A DNA stretch of 64,000 nucleotides from positions 1 through 64,000 of the forward strand of contig JBGARZ010000003.1 of the NCBI GenBank assembly GCA_044229975.1, written 5' to 3'. The notes beneath the pieces were generated by a model that searched no databases, had not been told where the DNA came from, and was given only the letters and a program-made list of their open reading frames with translations. The DNA is from Polyangiales bacterium. GTDB lineage: Bacteria > Myxococcota_A > Polyangia > Polyangiales > Ga0077539. Numbering within the stretch: the first letter of the stretch is position 1; each line of letters opens with the position of its first letter. Positions 39,009 through 46,773 of the stretch are shown here, one piece after another. The position numbers and the translations under genes were made by a program.

Positions 39009-40268
39009 ATGAAGGTCGCGGCCACCCTGCTGTTGCGGCGTGCGCGGGAGGTGGTGACCTGCTCCGGGGTGCTGCCGACGAGCGCGGCGAAGGCGGACTT
39101 CGACCCGGGTCCGTTGGGCATCATCGAAGACGGCGCGGTGGCGATCGCAGGTGACCGCATCGTCGCCGTGGGCCGCTCGGACGAGGTCGAGCGCGCCGTG
39201 TCGCTGACGGACGACGCGACGGTGATCGACGTGGGCGACGCACTGGTGACGCCGGGGCTGATCGACGCGCACACGCACGCGCTCTTCGTGGGTGGCCGCG
39301 CGGGGGAGTACTCGCTGCGGGTGCAGGGCGCGGGCTACGCGGAGATCGCGGCGCGGGGTGGTGGCATCGCGGCGAGCGTGCGGGCGTTGCGAGCGGCCGA
39401 CGACGAGGTGTTGGTGAGCGCGCTGGCGAAGCGGCTCGACGCGATGGCGCGCTTCGGGACGACGACGGTGGAAGTGAAGACCGGCTACGCGCTGGAGACG
39501 GCGCACGAGCTGCGGTGCTTGCGCGCGATGCGAGCGATGGGCGAGCGGGTCGTGCCGACGTTTCTCGGGCTGCACGCGGTGCCGCCGGAGCTGCGAGGCG
39601 TCGAGGGAGGTCGCACGAGCTACCTCGCGAAGGTGGGCGGCGAGATGCTCGACGCGGTTGCAGGAGAGGCGCGCTTCATCGACGCGTATGTCGACGGGCC
39701 GGGGTTCAGCGTGGCGGAGTGCGCGCCGGTGCTCGCGCGGGCGAAGGCGATGGGGCTGCGCGCGCGGCTGCACGTGGGGCAGTTCGAGGACGTGGGCGGG
39801 GCGGAGTTTGCAGCGGCCGTAGGGGCGGCGAGCGCGGACCATCTAGAGCACGTCAGCGATGATGGATTGCGCGCGATGGCGGCGGCGGGCGTGACGGCGG
39901 TGCTGCTGCCAGGCGCGGCGTTTTCGTTGGGCCAGCCGATGCCTGACGCGCGGCGCATGCGGGCGCTCGGCGTGGCGGTGGCGCTGGCGACGGACTGCAA
40001 CCCGGGAACGAGCCACTGCGACGCGCTGCCGTGGATGGCGGCGTTCGGGGTGCGGCAGATGGGGCTGTCGACGGTGGAGGCGTGGTTCGCGATCACGGCG
40101 ACGGCGGGGCAGTGTCTCGAAGCGAGCGATCGCGGACGACTGGTGGTGGGCGCGCGCGCGGACGTCGCGGTGCTCGACCTGCCGGGATGGGAGGCGCTGC
40201 CGTACGTGATCGGCGGACCGCGGGCGGCGGCGACGGTGACGGGCGGCGCGCTGCGGCGCTGGACGTAG
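39009..40268 (+). CDS. hutI: Imidazolonepropionase
   Basis: PGLIDAHTH, GGGI, GTTTVEVKTGY, SADHLE, ATDCNPG; follows hutU. Confidence 0.93.
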   Translation: MKVAATLLLRRAREVVTCSGVLPTSAAKADFDPGPLGIIEDGAVAIAGDRIVAVGRSDEVERAVSLTDDATVIDVGDALVTPGLIDAHTHALFVGGRAGEYSLRVQGAGYAEIAARGGGIAASVRALRAADDEVLVSALAKRLDAMARFGTTTVEVKTGYALETAHELRCLRAMRAMGERVVPTFLGLHAVPPELRGVEGGRTSYLAKVGGEMLDAVAGEARFIDAYVDGPGFSVAECAPVLARAKAMGLRARLHVGQFEDVGGAEFAAAVGAASADHLEHVSDDGLRAMAAAGVTAVLLPGAAFSLGQPMPDARRMRALGVAVALATDCNPGTSHCDALPWMAAFGVRQMGLSTVEAWFAITATAGQCLEASDRGRLVVGARADVAVLDLPGWEALPYVIGGPRAAATVTGGALRRWT

Positions 40269-40991
40269 CTACGCCTCGGGAATGCGACGCTTGCGACAGG
40301 CTTCTTCGTAGGTGCTCGCGAAGTCCACGGGTACGAAGAGGTCGCCCTGCAATCGAAGCGGCAGCGTGGGCAGCGCGTCGCCCAGCGCGAAGGTCGCCGA
40401 CCACAGGTCGAGCTCCGTGGAGTCAGCGCGGACGACGGGTCGATAGGCGACCGCGTAGAGGCCCGCGAGCGACGACCAGCACAATGACGGCGCGCCCAAC
40501 AGATCGACGATCTCGTTGTGCAGATTGGCCTGCCGGGTCGTCACGACGTCGATCACGATCACGCTGACGCCCTGGTGGAGGAAGCCCGCGCACTTCGTGG
40601 CGAAGGCGCGGCGCTGATCGGGGCGATCCTTGTTGGCGGGGCTCACGAGCGCGATGACGCCGACGAGCGTGGCGCCGCCGACGTCGGACAGCACGCGCAC
40701 CTCGAAGCTGTCGGGAACCGTGAGCGCCGACGTCGACGCGGGAGGCCCCGGTTGCCACGAAGGCGCAGCGTCGCCGGGCGCGAGGCGATGCAGGTCGCCT
40801 TGCACTCGCTGGAAGGTGGCGATGGCGATCTCGAGGCTGGTCCCGGCGTGCGTCTGCTCCTCGGCAACGTACTCGCGCGGCAGCCACCGCTCGTTGAGCG
40901 CGTCCGCGATGCGCGTCGCCCAGTTTGAGTGAAACGACTCCCAGTGATGGACCGGATGGAGCGGCGGTCGGAAGTGGTCGCGCAGTCCCAT
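40269..40991 (-). CDS. DUF4058-family (Uma2-related PD-(D/E)xK fold) protein
   Basis: MGLRDHFRPP, WESFHSNW, VSPANKDR, LPTLPL, VDFASTYEEAC. Confidence 0.8.
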   Translation of the reverse strand: MGLRDHFRPPLHPVHHWESFHSNWATRIADALNERWLPREYVAEEQTHAGTSLEIAIATFQRVQGDLHRLAPGDAAPSWQPGPPASTSALTVPDSFEVRVLSDVGGATLVGVIALVSPANKDRPDQRRAFATKCAGFLHQGVSVIVIDVVTTRQANLHNEIVDLLGAPSLCWSSLAGLYAVAYRPVVRADSTELDLWSATFALGDALPTLPLRLQGDLFVPVDFASTYEEACRKRRIPEA

Positions 40992-41079
40992 GACGATGAG
41001 CGCGAGAATGCCACGAACAGGATGTCGAGCGCTCGACGTCCCAATGACGAGCGCTCGACTCGAGGAGGTGAACGGTCAT

Positions 41080-41189
41080 GGAAGGCCGCAAGGGCGCCAG
41101 GGTCGCAAGGGACTGCGGTCCACGAGCAGGTATGGCGTTCTCGCCCGGCCATCCTGACCCTTGCGACCCCTGCGCCCTTGCGGCCCTCC
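41080..41189. repeat. 32-bp inverted repeat pair with 46-bp spacer (REP/MITE-like or structured RNA)
   Basis: 41080-41111 matches the reverse complement of 41158-41189 at 29/32 positions; arms are built from CGCAAGGG-like subunits. Confidence 0.85.
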
Positions 41190-41219
41190 GGCCCCTCCGC
41201 ATCCCGGCCGGTCTGACCT

Positions 41220-42146
41220 CTACGCCGCGGGTCGCGCGCGCGCTGCGAGCCAGCGGTACACCGGGATCAACCCCAACGTGATGAGCACCGAGATGAGCTG
41301 CGAGGTGCTCAGCCCTAGCAGTCCGCCGCGGTCGTCGTTGCGCAACACCTCCACGGCGAATCGGAGCACCGAGTAGCTGGCCAGGAAGAACACGAACACC
41401 TGACCGTCGAAGCGCTTGCGCGGCGCCACGAGGTAGTAGCCCGCCGCGGCGATGGCGAGCGACCCTGCCGACTCGTAGAGCTGCGTCGGGTGCACGGGCA
41501 GCGCCGCCATCGCCTCGCTTGCGAGGCGGTGCGCGCGAAACTGCGCCTCGCTCGCGGGCGAGTACCGCGGGAACCACGCAGCCCATGGGTGCTCGCACAC
41601 GACGCCAAAGCAGCAGCCCGCGAGGAAGCAGCCCATGCGCCCCCAGGCGAGACCGAGGGCCACCGCGAAGCCCGCCATGTCGGCAGCCTTCCAGAACGGG
41701 AAGCGCTCGCGCCGCAGGAAGTACACGGCGTACCCGGTCGCCCCGATGAGGCCCCCGTAATACGTGAGCCCGCCCGCCCAGAACGCCGCCCACGCGAAGC
41801 AGTTGGCCTCCTTTGGGTGACAGACACCGCGCGTCGCGTCCCACAAACCGTTGACCGAGCTGTGGAGGCAGTGCTCGCGGGTGATGTGCCACGACACCCG
41901 CGCGGGGTCGGTGCAAAGGTGGACGTAGTCCCAGAAGTAGCCGTCGGCGACGACGTGGAGGAGGCGCGATCCGATGACCCCGGCGACCACCATGGCGAGG
42001 CCGAGGTCGATGATGACCTCGCGGTCGTGACCGAGGCGACCGACCCAGCGGGCGCCGATGAAGGTCGCGAGCGCGAAGCCCGTCGCCAGCATCGCGAAGT
42101 ACGCGGGGAGCTCGGCCCCGAACAACGCGACGAGGACGGGTCTCAT
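41220..42146 (-). CDS. lgt: Prolipoprotein diacylglyceryl transferase
   Basis: GSRLLHV, GGLTYYGG, GRMGCFLAGCCFG, HPTQLYE, RFAVEVLR. Confidence 0.93.
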   Translation of the reverse strand: MRPVLVALFGAELPAYFAMLATGFALATFIGARWVGRLGHDREVIIDLGLAMVVAGVIGSRLLHVVADGYFWDYVHLCTDPARVSWHITREHCLHSSVNGLWDATRGVCHPKEANCFAWAAFWAGGLTYYGGLIGATGYAVYFLRRERFPFWKAADMAGFAVALGLAWGRMGCFLAGCCFGVVCEHPWAAWFPRYSPASEAQFRAHRLASEAMAALPVHPTQLYESAGSLAIAAAGYYLVAPRKRFDGQVFVFFLASYSVLRFAVEVLRNDDRGGLLGLSTSQLISVLITLGLIPVYRWLAARARPAA

Positions 42147-42865
42147 GCGCTCGTCGCCGGCGTCACGGTCGCGGTGCTCGGCCGCGGGGCCTTCTTCGGG
42201 CCGAGGATGTACTCCAGCACCATCAACCCGATGCCGACGGTGATGGCGATGTCCGCGACGTTGAAGGTCGGCCAGTGGTAGCGGGTCTTCCAGTGCGCGT
42301 GGATGAAGTCCACCACGAAGCCCAGACGAACGCGGTCGACGAGGTTGCCCACCGCGCCGCCGAGCACCAGCGGGAGCGCCCACTTCATCAGACGCTGACC
42401 GGGCTCCATCGTGCGGAAGAGGTGCACGATGAAGCCGATGGCGCCGATGGTGACCAGCAGGAAGAACGGCCGCCGCAGCGCCTCGCTCGTGCCGTGCAGG
42501 AAGCCAAACGCGCCGCCGCAGTTCTCCGCGTACTGGAAGTCGAGGAAGTCCTTGATGAGGACGATCTCGCGGTTGGCGATGCGCTGCGGGAGGTAGTGCT
42601 GCATGCCCGCGGGCGGCGTGCAGAGGGGCGGCGGGTGCGAGCTCACGCGCGACAGGTGGCTGAGCGCCCACGCCTTGCTCCAGAGGTCGGCCGCAGCGCT
42701 ACCGATCGCGACCGCCGCGAGGAAGGCCCAGTCGCGGGCCGTCACGGGCTCGACCTCCGGGGTCTTGGGCTTCGACGGCTTCGCCTCGACGACCTCCGCG
42801 GCGGGCTTCGTTTCGGCCTCGACGGCGGCGGTCTCGGCGGCTTCGGTCTGGGTCTCTTCGCTCAT
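42143..42865 (-). CDS. lspA: Lipoprotein signal peptidase II
   Basis: DLWSK, ENCGGAFG, GNLVDR, VVDFI, FNVAD; downstream of ileS. Confidence 0.95.
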   Translation of the reverse strand: MSEETQTEAAETAAVEAETKPAAEVVEAKPSKPKTPEVEPVTARDWAFLAAVAIGSAAADLWSKAWALSHLSRVSSHPPPLCTPPAGMQHYLPQRIANREIVLIKDFLDFQYAENCGGAFGFLHGTSEALRRPFFLLVTIGAIGFIVHLFRTMEPGQRLMKWALPLVLGGAVGNLVDRVRLGFVVDFIHAHWKTRYHWPTFNVADIAITVGIGLMVLEYILGPKKAPRPSTATVTPATSA

Positions 42866-42880
42866 GGTTCCTCTACGGGG

Positions 42881-45800
42881 TCACGCGCCGCGGGCGCGAT
42901 CGAAGACTTCTACGGCGTGACGACAACGGGGGCATAGACCGTCGTCGCCGACGTCGCCACGACGACGCCAGCAACGGTCACACGCAGGCCCGGACGCGAG
43001 GCTCACACGACTCCCCTCGCCCGCGAGCTTGAGCTCGCCGAGGCCGAGGAGCTCGGCCGCCTGCGGAGCGAGCGGACCCAGCTCGGTCTGCTCGGCCTCG
43101 GTCAACGCGAGCGTCACCGTGGCGTCGCGCGCGTGGTCGATGCGCGCATCGGACCCGAACGCCCCTTCGCCCGCGCCGGGCTCGCGCCCCGCCTTCTTGG
43201 CGGCCTGCTTCTCGACGCCCCACGCCTGCACCACAGGCTCCAGCACCGCGAACACCGCCGTGCGTACCGCGCCCAGGCGGCGCATCGCGACGATGAGCGC
43301 GTCGCCGTCGCTGACCGCAGGAACCGTCGGCCACAGCTCCAGGTGGACGCTGTCGCCCTTGCCCGCGAAGGCCGGGATGTGATCCCAGACGTCCTCGGTG
43401 GAGAACGGGAGGATGGGCGCCACGATGGTCGCGATGGAGCGCACGAGGTGCTGCATCGTCGCGAGCGCCGACTGACGACGCGCCGAATCGGGGGCGTCGT
43501 TGTAGAGGCGGTCCTTGGAGGCGTCGAGGTAGAGGGCCGACAGCTCCTGGCAGAAGTCGAGCACCACCGCGAAGGCTTCGCGGAAGGCGTACTCGCGGTA
43601 GGCCCGCTCGCAGCGCGCGAGCACCTCGCCGAGGCGCACCATCGCCCAGCGGTCGAGGGGCTCCAGCGTGACCTCGGTGACGAGCGGGGCGGGCTCCTCG
43701 CGCAGGGCACCCAGCATGAAGCGCATGGTGTTGCGGATGCGCCGATAGGCGTCGATGGCCTGGTTCAGCACGGCGCGCGAGTAGGGCATGTCGTTGGCGT
43801 AGTCGACGAAAGCCGCCCACGCGCGGAAGAGCTCGGCTCCCTGCTCCGCGATGATCTTCTCTGGCGGGATGTACTCGATGTCATCCTGGGCGATGGCGAG
43901 GGCAACGTCGTCGAGGGAGGTCTTCTTCCCGAGGCGCTTGTTGGCCTCGGCGACCTTCTCGGGCGTCGCCCAGGTGCTCTTCATCGCTGCGAGCGCCGAC
44001 GCCAGGGAATCGCCACGCTCCACGCGTGCGACGAGGTCGTCGCGGCGCGCCTCCTGCCGACGGCGGATCGTGTTCTTGGCGTAGGGATTCCCGTTCTCGT
44101 CGCAGACGAAGCCGTGGGTGAGCACGCCGCGGTAGGGCGCCTCGCCGAGCACGGCGCAGCCCACCAGCAGCGACGAGTGAAACCACCCGCGGTGCTGATC
44201 GCTGCCTTCGAGGTACAGGTCCACCTTGGCGCCGAGGTCAGCCTCGGGCTCGCACACCGCGTAGAACGAGCTCCCCGACTCGAACCACACGTCGATGATG
44301 CTCGGGTCGCGAGCGAACTCTTCGCGCGGCCGGAGCGTTCCGTCGGCGCAGCGGATCTGCTCGGGCAGCACCGTCGGATCGTCGCTGTACCAGGCGTCGG
44401 CGCCGCGCTCGGCGAAGACCTTGGCCACGTGGTCGAGCAGCTCGGTGGTGAGCACCACTTCGCCCGTCGCCTTGTGCTGCACCGCGGGGATGGGAACGCC
44501 CCAGATGCGCTGCCGCGAGATGCACCAGTCGGGTCGCGCCTCGATCATGCCGCGGATGCGCTCGCGGCCCCACGACGGGATCCAACCCCGCGCAGTGCCT
44601 TCTCGCGACGCGCGCTCGCCGTCGGCGGCGAGGCGATCGATCTCCGACAGCGCGCGCTCGCGCAAGGTCGCGTTGAAGAAGCCGGGAGCCTTCATCGGCT
44701 CGTCCATCGCGATGAACCACTGCGTGGTGGCGCGGGTGATGAGCGGGTTCTTGCAGCGCCAGCAGATCGGGTACTTGTGCGTGATCGTCTGGCCAGGGGG
44801 CTGGAGCAGCGCGCCGCGCAGATGCAGGTGCAGCTCGATGACCGGGTTGGCTTCGAAGACGAAGCTGCCTTCGAGGCCCATCGTGAGAGAGGCGGCGCCG
44901 AGCTCGCCGGTGTACCGACCGTCGTCTCCGACGGGCGCGTACGCCTCCAGGCCGTTGGCGCTCCCGAGTTTGTAGTCGTCGCGTCCGTGGCCCGGTGCCG
45001 TGTGCACGAGGCCGGTGCCCGCGGTGCTCTCTACGTAGTCGGCGCCGTAGATCGTCGCCCAGCGCTCCTCGAAGGGATGGTGCGCGCGCAGACCGATGAG
45101 GAGCTCACCCTTGAACGCGGGACCGGTGACGACCTCGGCGAGGCCCGCGGCCTTCGCGACGGCCGCGGCGAGCGGGGCTGCGACGAGGAGTCCCTGACCG
45201 TCGGCGCCCTTGAGCACGACGTAGTCGAGCGCCGGGTGCACGGCGATGGCGAGGTTGGCGGGGATGGTCCACGGGGTGGTGGTCCAGATGACGGCGGAGA
45301 CCGTGGTGACGCCGTCGGGGAGCTTCGCCTGGAGCAGCTCGATGCTCGCGGGGTCGAGCGCGAACTTCACATAGATGGACGGCGAGACGTGCTGCTCGGC
45401 GTACTCGACCTCGGCCTCGGCGAGCGCCGTGCGGCAGTGCCAGCACCACTGCACCGGCTTCTTGCCGCGGTAGACGATCTCGTTGGCGACGAAGGCCCGT
45501 AGCGCGCGGATGATCTGCGCCTCGAAGCCCTTGTTCATCGTGAGGTAGGGCTTCTCCCAGGTGCCGAGCACGCCCAGGCGCTTGCGCTCGGTGCGCTGCA
45601 CGTCGACCCACTTGTTCGCCTCGTCGCGGCAGCGGGTGCGCATCTCCGTGGGGGAGACGTTCTCCTTCTTGCGCTTGGCCTCGCGGTCGACGTTGAGCTC
45701 GATGGGGAGGCCGTGGCAGTCCCAGCCGGGGATGAAGCGCGTGCGCTCGCCGAGCAGGTTGCGCGAGCGCGTGACGAAGTCCTTGAGCGCGTTGTTGAGC

Positions 45801-46006
45801 ACGTGCCCGTGGTGCATGTGCCCGTTGGCGTACGGCGGGCCGTCGTGGAAGACGAACTTCCCCGGGACCTCACGCGCCAGCATCCGCTCGTAGAGCTTCG
45901 TGGACTCCCAGCGGGCGAGCCACTGGGGTTCACGCTTGAAGAGGTCGCCCTTCATGGGGAAGGCGGTCTTCGGCAACAGACACGTTTCCTTGTAATCCCT
46001 GGACAC
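42881..46006 (-). CDS. ileS: Isoleucyl-tRNA synthetase (type 1) with aberrant KMSKS loop
   Basis: HDGPPYANG, HHGH, WDCHGLPIE, WTTTPWT, DWCISRQR, EGSDQHRGWF, C-terminal CxxC...CxxC zinc finger; ileS-lspA synteny. GTG 46006 start inferred. Confidence 0.95.
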   Translation of the reverse strand: MSRDYKETCLLPKTAFPMKGDLFKREPQWLARWESTKLYERMLAREVPGKFVFHDGPPYANGHMHHGHVLNNALKDFVTRSRNLLGERTRFIPGWDCHGLPIELNVDREAKRKKENVSPTEMRTRCRDEANKWVDVQRTERKRLGVLGTWEKPYLTMNKGFEAQIIRALRAFVANEIVYRGKKPVQWCWHCRTALAEAEVEYAEQHVSPSIYVKFALDPASIELLQAKLPDGVTTVSAVIWTTTPWTIPANLAIAVHPALDYVVLKGADGQGLLVAAPLAAAVAKAAGLAEVVTGPAFKGELLIGLRAHHPFEERWATIYGADYVESTAGTGLVHTAPGHGRDDYKLGSANGLEAYAPVGDDGRYTGELGAASLTMGLEGSFVFEANPVIELHLHLRGALLQPPGQTITHKYPICWRCKNPLITRATTQWFIAMDEPMKAPGFFNATLRERALSEIDRLAADGERASREGTARGWIPSWGRERIRGMIEARPDWCISRQRIWGVPIPAVQHKATGEVVLTTELLDHVAKVFAERGADAWYSDDPTVLPEQIRCADGTLRPREEFARDPSIIDVWFESGSSFYAVCEPEADLGAKVDLYLEGSDQHRGWFHSSLLVGCAVLGEAPYRGVLTHGFVCDENGNPYAKNTIRRRQEARRDDLVARVERGDSLASALAAMKSTWATPEKVAEANKRLGKKTSLDDVALAIAQDDIEYIPPEKIIAEQGAELFRAWAAFVDYANDMPYSRAVLNQAIDAYRRIRNTMRFMLGALREEPAPLVTEVTLEPLDRWAMVRLGEVLARCERAYREYAFREAFAVVLDFCQELSALYLDASKDRLYNDAPDSARRQSALATMQHLVRSIATIVAPILPFSTEDVWDHIPAFAGKGDSVHLELWPTVPAVSDGDALIVAMRRLGAVRTAVFAVLEPVVQAWGVEKQAAKKAGREPGAGEGAFGSDARIDHARDATVTLALTEAEQTELGPLAPQAAELLGLGELKLAGEGSRVSLASGPACDRCWRRRGDVGDDGLCPRCRHAVEVFDRARGA

Positions 46007-46100
46007 GGCGCATGGCCCTATCACACCCACCGGGGGGGTTCCAGACTGCGCGAGGTCCCGTGGACGCGACTCGCTCGCCTGCGTTAGGCCAGAGACCGCC

Positions 46101-46751
46101 ATGCAACAGCAGCCCGGCCCCTACGCACCGAACCGCTACGGCTACGCACCGCAGCCCGCGCCGATGCCGCCGAGCAAGGGGCCGTCGAAGCTCGCGATCG
46201 GTGCGGGCAGCGTCATCCTCGGCGGGCTCATGGTCACGGCGGCGGTGCTGCACTCGCGCGAGGTCGAGGAGTTCTCGCCCATCGTGTCGGTGTGCGGCGG
46301 AGGGGCGCCGCGGGGGACGCGGGCGCTCGCGGCGGGGCAGCCGCATCGACTCGTCGGCGCGCGGATGACCGGCTCGGCGTGGGTGCCAGATTTCTTCCGG
46401 GTGCCCGGCGAGATGCGGGCGACCGAGGCGGGCGGCGCGGATGTGGTCGCGTGCTTCGGGGACGAGACCAACACGACGCTAGAGACGTGCACGTATCAGG
46501 TGTGGTTCCGCGGGCGGACGTCGGAGGCCAACTATCCGCGGACGCAGGCCCAGCTCCCGGTGCGACTCGTTGCGGCGAGCACGGGGCAGGTCATCTCCCA
46601 GGGCGTGATCCAGGGCGCGGTGCCGCCCGCGTGCGACTCGCAGCGGAGCACGGCGGGGTCGAGCCCCAGCGCATTTCATGTGCAGGGCGCAGCAGTTAGC
46701 GCGACGGACGTGCAGTCTTGGGTGCAGTCGCCCGCGGCGCAGCTCCCATGA
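46101..46751 (+). CDS. Hypothetical membrane-anchored protein with 4 Cys
   Basis: Pro/Tyr/Gln-rich N-terminus, single TM, extracytoplasmic Cys-containing domain. Confidence 0.7.
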   Translation: MQQQPGPYAPNRYGYAPQPAPMPPSKGPSKLAIGAGSVILGGLMVTAAVLHSREVEEFSPIVSVCGGGAPRGTRALAAGQPHRLVGARMTGSAWVPDFFRVPGEMRATEAGGADVVACFGDETNTTLETCTYQVWFRGRTSEANYPRTQAQLPVRLVAASTGQVISQGVIQGAVPPACDSQRSTAGSSPSAFHVQGAAVSATDVQSWVQSPAAQLP

Positions 46752-46773
46752 CTTCAGGCGACGTCTGAAGGCA

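Noticed and set aside
43880..44071. IleRS insertion as an intein or intron
   Set aside because: No N-terminal Cys/Ser with C-terminal His-Asn, too short, and the frame is continuous.
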